From positions 1,560,001-1,592,000 of the forward strand of contig NC_004459.3 in NCBI RefSeq assembly GCF_000039765.1: DNA of 32,000 bases. Reading direction: 5' to 3'. This document shows, piece by piece, positions 10,683 to 19,514 of this stretch. The stretch is from Vibrio vulnificus CMCP6. GTDB taxonomy: Bacteria > Pseudomonadota > Gammaproteobacteria > Enterobacterales > Vibrionaceae. The position numbers were made by a program, and so were the translations under genes. Under the pieces are notes generated by a model. That model did not search any database and was not told the origin of the DNA. It saw only the letters and a program-made list of their open reading frames with translations. Position 1 is the stretch's first letter; every line of letters begins with the position of its first letter.

Positions 10683-10772
10683 TCTCTTCTACTGGAAATT
10701 TCTTGTATAGAATAAAGGGGCTAAGCTCCTGATATTGGAATAGCGAAAGCGGTTTTGATATCAAACACCTGC

Positions 10773-10849
10773 GCGTCCGTAGCTCAGCTGGATAGAGTAC
10801 CTGGCTACGAACCAGGCGGTCAGAGGTTCGAATCCTCTCGGACGCGCCA
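10773..10849 (+). tRNA. tRNA-Arg (anticodon ACG), acceptor-stem variant
   Basis: Acceptor gcgtccg/cggacgc; remainder same as the other Arg copies; CCA encoded. Confidence 0.97.
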
Positions 10850-10893
10850 CTTTCTCTTTTGAAGGTGAGAAGGTAAATTAAAGAATATATTGC

Positions 10894-10970
10894 GCGCTCG
10901 TAGCTCAGCTGGATAGAGTACCTGGCTACGAACCAGGCGGTCAGAGGTTCGAATCCTCTCGAGCGCGCCA
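10894..10970 (+). tRNA. tRNA-Arg (anticodon ACG)
   Basis: Acceptor gcgctcg/cgagcgc; CCA encoded. Confidence 0.97.
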
Positions 10971-11059
10971 TTTCTTCAAATGAATATTCTTTTAACAATT
11001 AAAGGGGCCAAGCTCCTGATATTGGAATAGCGAAAGCGGTTTTGATATCAAACACCTGC

Positions 11060-11136
11060 GCGTCCGTAGCTCAGCTGGATAGAGTACCTGGCTACGAACC
11101 AGGCGGTCAGAGGTTCGAATCCTCTCGGACGCGCCA
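11060..11136 (+). tRNA. tRNA-Arg (anticodon ACG), acceptor-stem variant
   Basis: Acceptor gcgtccg/cggacgc; CCA encoded. Confidence 0.97.
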
Positions 11137-11178
11137 CTTTCTCTTCTGAAAGTGACAAGGTGAACAACAGAATACTGC

Positions 11179-11255
11179 GCGCTCGTAGCTCAGCTGGATA
11201 GAGTACCTGGCTACGAACCAGGCGGTCAGAGGTTCGAATCCTCTCGAGCGCGCCA
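11179..11255 (+). tRNA. tRNA-Arg (anticodon ACG)
   Basis: Acceptor gcgctcg/cgagcgc; CCA encoded. Confidence 0.97.
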
Positions 11256-11261
11256 TCATTG

Positions 11262-11291
11262 AAAACCCTGCATGAAAATGCAGGGTTTTTT
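11262..11291 (+). terminator. Rho-independent terminator of the tRNA cluster
   Basis: aaaaccctgcat-gaaa-atgcagggtttttt directly after the last tRNA. Confidence 0.9.
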
Positions 11292-11761
11292 CTTATGTCT
11301 ACGTTTTGTTCTCGTGAGCATTGGATTTTAGAATCCCCTTGCTCTTCATCATTTCTGGACAATCGATTTATTCTTAGCGGGTGTTTCACATCTCGCCCAT
11401 CAACGCCATTCTTTACCAATCAAAAGAAACAATGAGCATTCAAATGTTTCCAAAGTGTTAAAATTGTTATTGTTTTTAATTCTTATAATTCAAAAGCTTA
11501 TTGATGTTCTTTTATCTCTATCGCAGTTTTGTTCGAACTTCTGCAGTAAATTGATGAATGTCCATATTAAGTATCAGGAATTTGGGCAAATATTTTAGTT
11601 TATGTGATCTGTGTGGTGAAAAAGCAACCAATAGTGCAGGATGCTCTGAAACCTTTTTAAACAAAATTGACAATATTTAACCAATCTAGATAATCGATTG
11701 GTCGGGATTGTGTATAAATCATGTCCTGCGTTATGTCAGGATGACACAGAAAGGAAGCAAG

Positions 11762-12019
11762 ATGACAAATATTGGAAGCCTCTTAGTTGATGCGGCAGCC
11801 CTAATGGTAACGGGAATGGGGGTCGTATTTATTTTTCTCACCATTCTTATTTTCCTCGTTCGCTTGATGTCGAAATTGGTACCGCAAGAAGTGCCACCAC
11901 CGATCACAGCGCCTAAAGCGGTAAAGAATCAAGCCAACCACACTTCAACAGTGAGTCCACAGGTCGTCGCGGCAATTTCTGCAGCGATTCATCAGCATCG
12001 CGCCTCGGTTGCGAAGTAG
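11762..12019 (+). CDS. oadG: Oxaloacetate decarboxylase gamma chain (85 aa)
   Basis: MTNIGSLLVDAAALMVTGMGVVFIFLTILIFLVRLMSKLVP; single TM small subunit upstream of oadA. The start at 11762 has an 'aaggaag' RBS. Confidence 0.92.
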   Translation: MTNIGSLLVDAAALMVTGMGVVFIFLTILIFLVRLMSKLVPQEVPPPITAPKAVKNQANHTSTVSPQVVAAISAAIHQHRASVAK

Positions 12020-12044
12020 TACAACAAAGGAATAAAAGGAGTTT

Positions 12045-13835
12045 ATGAGCATGTCTAAGCCACTAGCAATTACGGATGTGGTCCTACGTGACGCCCATCA
12101 ATCACTGTTTGCGACTCGAATGCGCATTGAAGACATGCTGCCTATTGCAGCAGAGTTGGATAAAGTGGGTTATTGGTCGCTCGAAACCTGGGGTGGTGCC
12201 ACCTTTGATGCGTGTATTCGTTTCTTAGGGGAAGATCCGTGGGAGCGTTTGCGTGAACTGAAGAAAGCGATGCCGAATACACCAATGCAGATGCTACTGC
12301 GTGGTCAAAACCTGCTGGGTTATCGTCACTATGCCGATGATGTGGTTGAGAAGTTTGTTGAGCGTGCTCATGCCAACGGTATGGATGTTTTCCGTATCTT
12401 TGATGCGATGAACGACGTGCGTAATTTCCAAAAAGCGGTTAAAGCAACGGTGGATGTTGGTGCTCATGCGCAAGGGACGCTTTCTTACACTACCAGCCCG
12501 GTTCACAATACTGATACTTGGGTCGATCTCGCCAAACGTTTAGAAGACTTGGGTTGTCACTCGCTTTGTATCAAAGACATGTCTGGCTTACTTAAGCCTT
12601 ATGAAGCGCAAGAATTGATTACGCGCATTAAAGCCTCTTGTGATATCCCATTGGCGCTGCACTGCCATGCCACTACGGGTTTGTCGACCGCGACGGCAAT
12701 TAAGGCGGTAGAGTCGGGCATCGATATTTTGGATACTGCGATTTCATCCATGAGTTGCACCTACGGTCACACGCCAACGGAAACCGTTGTGGCGATGTTG
12801 CAAGGTACTGAGCGTGATACCAATTTGGACCTTGCTCAAATAGAACCTATTGCCGCGTATTTCCGTGAAGTCCGTAAGAAGTACGCTAAGTTTGAAGGTC
12901 AATTGAAAGGGGTGGATTCTCGCATTCTGATTGCTCAAGTTCCTGGTGGTATGCTGACCAACATGGAAAGCCAATTGAAAGAGCAAGGCGCGGCGGATCG
13001 TATCGACGAAGTTCTTGAAGAGATCCCTCGCGTGCGTGAAGATCTTGGTTTTATTCCATTGGTGACCCCAACCTCGCAAATTGTCGGCACTCAAGCGGTC
13101 ATTAACGTCCTGACGGGCGAGCGTTATAAGAGCATCACCAAAGAAACGGCAGGCGTTCTCAAAGGCGAATATGGCGCCGCACCAGCTCCTGTGAATGCGC
13201 AGTTGCAAGCACGTGTACTGAGCGGTGCTGAAGCTGTCACTTGTCGACCTGCTGATTTACTTGAAGCGGAATTGCATACACTGACCGACGAACTGTTGGC
13301 AAAAGCACAATCAGAAGGCATTCAATTGGCTAAAGAGAGTGTTGATGACGTTCTCACTTACGCACTCTTCCCGCAAGTTGGCCTTAAGTTCCTTAAGAAT
13401 CGTGGCAATCCTGATGCATTTGAGCCAGCACCGACTCTTGAGGTGGCTCAGCCAACGGCGACGAAAGCCGTTAATGGTGCCGTTGAAGCTTACAGTGTTC
13501 GTGTTGATGGCCAGGTATTCCATGTTGAAGTTGGGCCTGAAGGCCAATTGACTTCGGTGACACCAGCTGCTGCGCCAGCGAGTGCTCCTATCGCGGCTCC
13601 TGTTTCGGCAGTACCAAGCGATGCGGAAGCGGTATCGGCTCCGCTGGCAGGTAACATCTTCAAAGTTCATGTTCAAGCAGGAAGCTCGGTTGAAGAGGGC
13701 GATATTCTGCTGATCCTCGAAGCGATGAAGATGGAAACTGAAGTCCGCGCTGCTCGTAGTGGTGTGGTGCATGAACTGAATGTTAAAGAGGGAGATGCCG
13801 TGACAGTAGGCTCACCTCTACTGAGTTTGGCGTAA
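12045..13835 (+). CDS. oadA: Oxaloacetate decarboxylase alpha subunit, carboxyltransferase plus biotin domain (596 aa)
   Basis: '[19 protein letters not shown]', '[36 protein letters not shown]', C-terminal biotinylation motif '[10 protein letters not shown]'. Confidence 0.97.
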   Translation: MSMSKPLAITDVVLRDAHQSLFATRMRIEDMLPIAAELDKVGYWSLETWGGATFDACIRFLGEDPWERLRELKKAMPNTPMQMLLRGQNLLGYRHYADDVVEKFVERAHANGMDVFRIFDAMNDVRNFQKAVKATVDVGAHAQGTLSYTTSPVHNTDTWVDLAKRLEDLGCHSLCIKDMSGLLKPYEAQELITRIKASCDIPLALHCHATTGLSTATAIKAVESGIDILDTAISSMSCTYGHTPTETVVAMLQGTERDTNLDLAQIEPIAAYFREVRKKYAKFEGQLKGVDSRILIAQVPGGMLTNMESQLKEQGAADRIDEVLEEIPRVREDLGFIPLVTPTSQIVGTQAVINVLTGERYKSITKETAGVLKGEYGAAPAPVNAQLQARVLSGAEAVTCRPADLLEAELHTLTDELLAKAQSEGIQLAKESVDDVLTYALFPQVGLKFLKNRGNPDAFEPAPTLEVAQPTATKAVNGAVEAYSVRVDGQVFHVEVGPEGQLTSVTPAAAPASAPIAAPVSAVPSDAEAVSAPLAGNIFKVHVQAGSSVEEGDILLILEAMKMETEVRAARSGVVHELNVKEGDAVTVGSPLLSLA

Positions 13836-13844
13836 GGATGTACC

Positions 13845-14975
13845 ATGGATGGATTAATCACGCTTTGGTCTGAAACGGGGATTGCCCACTTTGAACTTGG
13901 GCAAATCTGTATGATCGCAGTCGGTTGTGTACTGCTGTTTTTAGCCATTAGTAAAGGCTTTGAGCCTTTACTTCTGTTACCTATTGGCTTTGGTGCCATT
14001 TTGGCTAATATCCCGAATGCGGGCTTTACCGAGCCGGGTGGATTGCTTTACTACGTGTATTACATTGGTATTGAATCTGGCGTTTTCCCACTGCTTATTT
14101 TTATGGGCGTTGGGGCAATGACGGATTTTGGTGCCTTGATTGCCAACCCTAAAACCTTATGGCTCGGTGCAGCCGCGCAGTTTGGTATTTTTGCCACGCT
14201 GTTTGGTGCGATTCTATTGAACTATGTGCCGGGCATGGAGTTTTCTATGGAGGATGCGTCGTCCATCGCCATCATTGGTGGCGCGGATGGCCCAACAGCC
14301 ATTTTCCTCGCCAGCCGTCTCTCTCCCGATTTACTCGGTGCGATTGCGGTAGCAGCATACAGTTACATGGCTTTGGTTCCTATTATTCAGCCGCCGATCA
14401 TGAAGGCGCTCACAACGCCGGAAGAGCGTAAGATCAAAATGGCTCAACTTCGTCATGTCGGAAAAGTGGAGAAAGTGCTTTTCCCGTTGGCGGTATTGGT
14501 GATGACCATCTTGTTCCTTCCTTCTGCAACGCCGCTGGTAGGGATGTTCTGTCTGGGGAACTTGATGCGTGAAGCGGGTGTGGTGGAGCGTTTGTCAAAA
14601 ACGGCACAAAACGAGCTGATCAACATCGTGACTATTTTCCTTGGCTTAGGCGTAGGCTCGAAACTACAAGCTGAGCACTTCTTGAATGTGGAGACATTGG
14701 GCATTCTTGCATTAGGTGCGGCAGCGTTCAGTATTGGTACTGGCGCGGGCGTGCTGATGGCGAAGCTACTCAACAAGTTCTCGGAAGAAGACATCAATCC
14801 GTTGATTGGTGCCGCAGGGGTTTCTGCTGTACCAATGGCGGCGCGTGTGGTGAATAAAGTGGGCTTAGAAGCCAACTCACAAAACTTCTTGTTGATGCAT
14901 GCAATGGGGCCGAATGTGGCGGGTGTATTGGGCAGTGCGGTAGCCGCCGGTGTGCTATTGGCTCTGGTCGGCTAA
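13845..14975 (+). CDS. oadB: Na+-translocating oxaloacetate decarboxylase beta subunit
   Basis: '[18 protein letters not shown]', '[14 protein letters not shown]'-type region, '[49 protein letters not shown]'. Confidence 0.96.
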   Translation: MDGLITLWSETGIAHFELGQICMIAVGCVLLFLAISKGFEPLLLLPIGFGAILANIPNAGFTEPGGLLYYVYYIGIESGVFPLLIFMGVGAMTDFGALIANPKTLWLGAAAQFGIFATLFGAILLNYVPGMEFSMEDASSIAIIGGADGPTAIFLASRLSPDLLGAIAVAAYSYMALVPIIQPPIMKALTTPEERKIKMAQLRHVGKVEKVLFPLAVLVMTILFLPSATPLVGMFCLGNLMREAGVVERLSKTAQNELINIVTIFLGLGVGSKLQAEHFLNVETLGILALGAAAFSIGTGAGVLMAKLLNKFSEEDINPLIGAAGVSAVPMAARVVNKVGLEANSQNFLLMHAMGPNVAGVLGSAVAAGVLLALVG

Positions 14976-15044
14976 TCTCGCTGTGAATTGTCAGTCAAAT
15001 TGTGTCATCACAATTAACTTCGGTTAACAAAATGGTTTATAGTC

Positions 15045-15075
15045 AAAGGGATGCTTCGGCATCCCTTTCTTTTTG
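15045..15075 (+). terminator. Terminator after oadGAB
   Basis: aaagggatgc-ttcg-gcatccctttcttttt, a UUCG tetraloop hairpin. Confidence 0.85.
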
Positions 15076-15094
15076 TCCTTAGGAACGGCTGATT

Positions 15095-16045
15095 ATGGAA
15101 AATAAGCAAATCGTTATTACAGAATTTGGTGGCCCTGATGTACTGGCTATCCGTTCAAGTCAAATGCCTGAACCCAAACCTGGTCAGGTTCTCATTAAAG
15201 TCTATTTTTCAGGTATTAACCCTATCGATGTTAAAACGCGTGCAGGGCTGGGGTGGGCGGCGGCACAGAATAAGGACAAATTACCTTGGGTGCCCGGTTA
15301 TGACATTTCTGGCAAAGTAGTCAGTTGTGGTGAGAACGCGGAGCGCTTTGTCATCGGCGATACCGTTGCCGGTTTCGTCGGTTTCCCATTAGAAGGCGGT
15401 GGTTACAGCCAGTATCTTTGCGTGGACGAAGACGCATTGAGTCTGGTGCCAGGTTCAGTCACCTTAGAGGGGGCGGCGGTACTTCCACTAGCCGGGCAAA
15501 CGGCAGCACAAGCGCTGAACAAAGCCCAAGTGAAAGAAGGGGAGCGTGTGCTCATTCTTGCTGGCGCAGGAGGCGTTGGCCATTTGGCCGTGCAAATCGC
15601 CGTTGCCGCGAAAGCCGAAGTGTATACGACGTGCAGTGAACGCAATTTAGATTACATGGCAACGTTGGGTGCTCATGCTATCAATTACCAATTTGCTCCT
15701 GCTTCAGAGCGTTTGAGTGATGTGGATGTATTGATTGATCTGGTTGGTGGTGATGTCGCCCTTGATGCCTTGAAGTGCTTAAAAGACAACGCCAGAGTTG
15801 TGACGGTGCCGACGCTGAGTGCAGAGATGATCTGTGAAAAAGCCAAACTTCTCGGGTTTGAGGCAACGGGGATGCTGGTGGAGCCCGATCCTCAGCAGTT
15901 GGATACATTGCTGTATATGGTGGGCGTTGGCTTACTTAAAACAGAAATTCAGCGTATCTATCCGATGCATGAGGTCAGTGATGCGCACAAACAAATCGAA
16001 ACAGGGCATACCCGAGGAAAAGTACTACTGGATATGCAATGTTAG
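15095..16045 (+). CDS. NADP-dependent (quinone/zinc-type alcohol dehydrogenase-like) oxidoreductase, MDR family
   Basis: 'ITEFGGPDVLAIRSSQMPEPKPGQVLIKVYFSGINPIDVKTRAG', nucleotide-binding 'ILAGAGGVGHLAVQIAVAAKAEVYTT'. Confidence 0.85.
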   Translation: MENKQIVITEFGGPDVLAIRSSQMPEPKPGQVLIKVYFSGINPIDVKTRAGLGWAAAQNKDKLPWVPGYDISGKVVSCGENAERFVIGDTVAGFVGFPLEGGGYSQYLCVDEDALSLVPGSVTLEGAAVLPLAGQTAAQALNKAQVKEGERVLILAGAGGVGHLAVQIAVAAKAEVYTTCSERNLDYMATLGAHAINYQFAPASERLSDVDVLIDLVGGDVALDALKCLKDNARVVTVPTLSAEMICEKAKLLGFEATGMLVEPDPQQLDTLLYMVGVGLLKTEIQRIYPMHEVSDAHKQIETGHTRGKVLLDMQC

Positions 16046-16500
16046 AAACCTTTAATGGATGGTTTGCAGAGGCGGCATTGTGGTTTTCCGACTCTGCACT
16101 TTGGGTATTGTTTTTCACTGGTTTTCTCAGTGCAACCTTATTACCTGGAGGCTCAGAGGCGAGTTTGATCGCGACCTTGTCTCTTAATCAATTTCCAATT
16201 TCACACATCATTATTGTCGCGACGCTAGGAAATACCCTTGGTGGGTTAACTAACTATTGGTTAGGTTTGCTGTTACCAAATCGAACTCAACAAGAAAAAC
16301 ATGGTCATACCGCTTTGAGGTGGTTAGCCAAATACGGCTATTGGGGGCTGTTTTTTAGTTGGCTTCCTGTGATTGGCGATCCTCTCTGTTTAGCGGCCGG
16401 TTGGCTGCGAATGAAATTTCTTCCTTGTCTGGTGCTTATCGCACTGGGGAAAGCGGTACGCTACAGCGTGCTGGCTATGCTTTATATCGGACTATTCTAA
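16039..16500 (+). CDS. YqaA family (SNARE-associated/DedA-like) small membrane protein
   Basis: 'FLSATLLPGGSEASLIA', 'TLGNTLGGLTNYWLGLLLP', 'KYGYWGLFFSWLPVIGDPLCLAAGWLR'; overlaps the previous CDS by 7 nt. Confidence 0.82.
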   Translation: MLETFNGWFAEAALWFSDSALWVLFFTGFLSATLLPGGSEASLIATLSLNQFPISHIIIVATLGNTLGGLTNYWLGLLLPNRTQQEKHGHTALRWLAKYGYWGLFFSWLPVIGDPLCLAAGWLRMKFLPCLVLIALGKAVRYSVLAMLYIGLF

Positions 16501-16509
16501 GGAAAAAGC

Positions 16510-19368
16510 ATGAAAAAACTGATGCTGAGTGCCTGCTCTCTTTTTGTCCTCGCTGGTTGTTCTTCCGTAAAATCGGTTTCTGTGCCGTTTTTTTCTTCAT
16601 TACCAGAAGGGGTGACTCTGATTGAAGAGTCGTCAGCGCAAGCGGGTAAAGTCAAAATCCCGTATGAAAAATATCGTTTAGAAAATGGCTTAACCGTCAT
16701 TTTGTCACCCGATCACTCCGATCCCTTGGTGCACGTTGACGTCACTTACCACGTCGGCTCGGCTCGAGAAGAGATTGGTAAGTCAGGCTTTGCGCATTTC
16801 TTCGAGCATATGATGTTCCAAGGCTCGGAAAATGTGGGTGATCAGCAACACTTCAAGATCATTACGGAAGCCGGCGGGACACTGAATGGCACCACAAACC
16901 GAGATAGAACCAACTATTTCGAAACTGTGCCAGCGAACCAACTTGAGAAAATGTTGTGGTTAGAATCGGATCGCATGGGCTTTTTGCTTGATGCCGTCTC
17001 GCAGCGTAAGTTTGAGGTGCAACGCGACACCGTGAAAAATGAGCGCGCTCAACGCTATGACAACCGCCCTTACGGTTTGATTTGGGAAAAAATGGCGGAA
17101 GCGATGTACCCTGAAGGGCACCCTTATTCGTGGCAAACTATTGGTTATGTTGAAGATCTTGATCGTGTCGACGTCAATGACCTGAAAGCGTTTTTCTTAC
17201 GCTGGTATGGGCCTAATAATGCCGTGTTAACTATCGGTGGTGACATAGATACCGATCAGACATTGGAATGGGTGAACAAGTATTTTGGTTCGATTCCTCG
17301 CGGACCTGAAGTGGATAATGCACCGAAGCAGCCTGCAACCCTGAAAGAAAATCGCTTCATCACGCTGGAAGATCGTATTAGACAGCCGATGGTGATGATG
17401 GCGTGGCCGACGACTTACAATGGTGAAGAGCATCAAGCCTCGCTCGATGCATTGGCGAGTTTACTAGGGGAAGGCAATAATAGTTTGCTGTACCAAAATC
17501 TCGTAAAAACGCAAAAAGCCGTCGACGCTGGTGCCTTCCAAGATTGTGCTGAATTGGCTTGTACTTTCTACGTGTACGCGATGGGAGACTCAGGAGACAA
17601 GGGAGATTTGGCCAGTTTGTATCAAGAGCTGATGCAGACCTTAGATGAGTTTAAAGAGAAGGGCGCCGATGGGAAACGCCTTGAGCAGATCATTGGTAAA
17701 GCAGAAGCCGATGCCGTGTTCTCATTGCAAAGCGTCAGCGGCAAAGTCAGTCAGCTCGCTGCAAATGAGACCTTCTTTGCAACCCCTGATCGCATCGAAT
17801 ATCAATTAGATCAATTACGCGCGGTGACGGCGGATTCGGTCAACCAAGCCTATCAACAATTTATTGATGGCAAAAACAAAGTGACTTTAAGCGTGGTGCC
17901 TACGGGCAAAACGGATATGGCGGTGCAAAAAGCCAACTTTGTGACGCCGGCGAGAACCTTGCCTGAATACCAAAAAATCACCGATGATCAGTTGGCTTAT
18001 CGTAAAGCGGAAGACAGTTTTGACCGATCTCAAATGCCATCTGCCGGAGAGCCAGTGAAAGCAGAAATGCCAGATCTGTACAAAGTGCATTTTGATAACG
18101 GCAGCGAGTTACTCGGCGCTGTCAGTGATGAAACGCCAACCGTATTGATGCAGTTCCGCTTCCCTGCAGGGAGCCGATTTGACCCGGTAGGCAAAGAAGG
18201 GTTAGCTAAACTCACCGCAGCTATGATGGAGGAGGGGACAACTTCTCGCAGTGCAGAAGAGTTACAAGCGGAGTTGGACAAGCTGGGCAGTAACATCAGT
18301 GTGTCAGCCGAGCGATACAGCACGACAGTTACGCTTTCTGCATTAGAGAAAAATTTACCAGCAACGTTGGAAATTTTTCAGCAGATGATCCGGTCTCCTG
18401 CGTTTGATGAGGATGATTTTGCCCGTGCGAAGAAGCAAATGATCGAAGGGGCTGTTTATGAGCAGCAGCAACCAAGCTGGATGGCTTCGCAAGCGACACG
18501 CCAAGTGATTTATGGTGACACGCTGTTTGCTCGTTCCAGTGATGGCACGATGGCTTCTTTACAAGGGCTCACGCTGGCTGATGTCAAAGCATTCTATCAA
18601 TCGCACTACACACCACAAAGCACACAGATCGTGGTCGTGGGGGATTTAAATCGCCGAGAAATGGCTAGTCAATTGGCATTTTGGAAAGCATGGCAGGGTG
18701 AGGCCGCGCCGCTGTATCGCCCGCAAGTTGTGAAGCCATTAAGCGATTCAAAAATCTACTTGGTGGATAAGCCGGGAGCACCACAAAGCGTCATCCGCAT
18801 GGTACGCCTTGGTTTGCCGTATGATGCCACCGGTGAGATGTTCCTAAGCCAATTAGCGAACTTTAATTTGGCTGGCAATTTCAACAGCCGTTTAAATCAG
18901 AATCTGCGTGAGGACAAAGGATACACATACGGGGCGCAAGGCTACTTTGCCAGCAATCTCGAAACCGGTGTCGTGGTGTTTGATGCGCAAGTACGCGCTG
19001 ATGCAACCATTCCTGCGTTAATGGAGATGGAGAATGAACTGAATGAGTTTTCTCAATCTGGTATGACGGATGATGAGCTGCATTTCATGCGTCAGGCGGT
19101 TGGTCAACAAGATGCCTTGAAGTATGAAACTCCCGGACAAAAAGCGCAGTTGATCGGTAATATTCTCCGTTACAGCTTAGATGAAGATTATCTCAAACAG
19201 CGCAACGCGATTGTGGAAAGCATTGATAAAGCGCCGCTTAACGATTTGGCGAAGAAATGGTTTGACCCGAATGACTATCAGATGATCGTTGTTGGGGATG
19301 CAAAAACGCTTCGCCCACAATTGGAAAAGTTGAATAAAGCCGTAGAAGAGCTTGAAATCATCCGATAG
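16510..19368 (+). CDS. M16 family zinc metalloprotease, predicted lipoprotein (952 aa)
   Basis: Lipobox 'MKKLMLSACSLFVLAGCSS'; inverted zinc motif 'HFFEHMMFQGSENV'; second M16 half present ('NRLNQNLREDKGYTYGAQGYF'). Confidence 0.93.
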   Translation: MKKLMLSACSLFVLAGCSSVKSVSVPFFSSLPEGVTLIEESSAQAGKVKIPYEKYRLENGLTVILSPDHSDPLVHVDVTYHVGSAREEIGKSGFAHFFEHMMFQGSENVGDQQHFKIITEAGGTLNGTTNRDRTNYFETVPANQLEKMLWLESDRMGFLLDAVSQRKFEVQRDTVKNERAQRYDNRPYGLIWEKMAEAMYPEGHPYSWQTIGYVEDLDRVDVNDLKAFFLRWYGPNNAVLTIGGDIDTDQTLEWVNKYFGSIPRGPEVDNAPKQPATLKENRFITLEDRIRQPMVMMAWPTTYNGEEHQASLDALASLLGEGNNSLLYQNLVKTQKAVDAGAFQDCAELACTFYVYAMGDSGDKGDLASLYQELMQTLDEFKEKGADGKRLEQIIGKAEADAVFSLQSVSGKVSQLAANETFFATPDRIEYQLDQLRAVTADSVNQAYQQFIDGKNKVTLSVVPTGKTDMAVQKANFVTPARTLPEYQKITDDQLAYRKAEDSFDRSQMPSAGEPVKAEMPDLYKVHFDNGSELLGAVSDETPTVLMQFRFPAGSRFDPVGKEGLAKLTAAMMEEGTTSRSAEELQAELDKLGSNISVSAERYSTTVTLSALEKNLPATLEIFQQMIRSPAFDEDDFARAKKQMIEGAVYEQQQPSWMASQATRQVIYGDTLFARSSDGTMASLQGLTLADVKAFYQSHYTPQSTQIVVVGDLNRREMASQLAFWKAWQGEAAPLYRPQVVKPLSDSKIYLVDKPGAPQSVIRMVRLGLPYDATGEMFLSQLANFNLAGNFNSRLNQNLREDKGYTYGAQGYFASNLETGVVVFDAQVRADATIPALMEMENELNEFSQSGMTDDELHFMRQAVGQQDALKYETPGQKAQLIGNILRYSLDEDYLKQRNAIVESIDKAPLNDLAKKWFDPNDYQMIVVGDAKTLRPQLEKLNKAVEELEIIR

Positions 19369-19380
19369 AGTACACATTTA

Positions 19381-19408
19381 GTAGCGAAGAGTATTGGCTC
19401 TTCGCTAC
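19381..19408 (+). terminator. Hairpin after M16 protease gene, possible terminator
   Basis: gtagcgaagag-tattgg-ctcttcgctac (11-bp perfect stem); only a weak T-rich tail. Confidence 0.5.
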
Positions 19409-19414
19409 TTGTTG

Positions 19415-19460
19415 TTGGTCTGGATACCCTTTTGAATACGCAGAAGGGTATCCAGACCAA
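19415..19460. repeat. 17-bp perfect inverted repeat with 12-nt loop
   Basis: ttggtctggataccctt (19415-19431) / aagggtatccagaccaa (19444-19460). Confidence 0.93.
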
Positions 19461-19514
19461 TTCGATTTCCGACAATTCAGTTTGCAGGTGTGACGCTGCA
19501 AGCTTCTGATATAA

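Larger units (their letters stand above)
10713..11257 (+). repeat. Tandem duplication of a ~286-bp unit (conserved spacer + tRNA-Arg variant + tRNA-Arg)
   Basis: The block 'aaagggg(c/t-variable)aagctcctgatattggaatagcgaaagcggttttgatatcaaacacctgcgcgtccg...' occurs at about 10714 and again at 11001 (offset 287), each followed by the same pair of tRNA-Arg types (offset 285 at the second tRNA). Confidence 0.9.

Noticed and set aside
10208-11255. The repeat-spacer-repeat pattern could suggest a CRISPR-like array.
   Set aside because: The repeats are 77-92 nt, fold as tRNAs with CCA ends and have irregular spacers (23 to 90 nt). There are no cas genes.
10316-11419. Minus-strand ORFs over the tRNA cluster with repeated peptides such as 'EMARSRGFEPLTAWFVARYSIQLSYERAI' and 'ALERIRTSDRLVRSQVLYPAELRA'.
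   Set aside because: They are antisense translations of the tRNA genes. The repeated peptide comes from tRNA repetition; this is a well-known source of false hypothetical proteins.
12294-13999. Minus-strand ORFs of up to 154 aa inside oadA/oadB.
   Set aside because: They are antisense to well-supported coding sequence, low-complexity in places and resemble no known family.
15418-15639. Plus-strand Arg/Ser-rich ORF 'MRGRRRIESGARFSHLRGGGGTSTSRANGSTS...'.
   Set aside because: It is an out-of-frame reading of the oxidoreductase gene with biased composition; no independent support.
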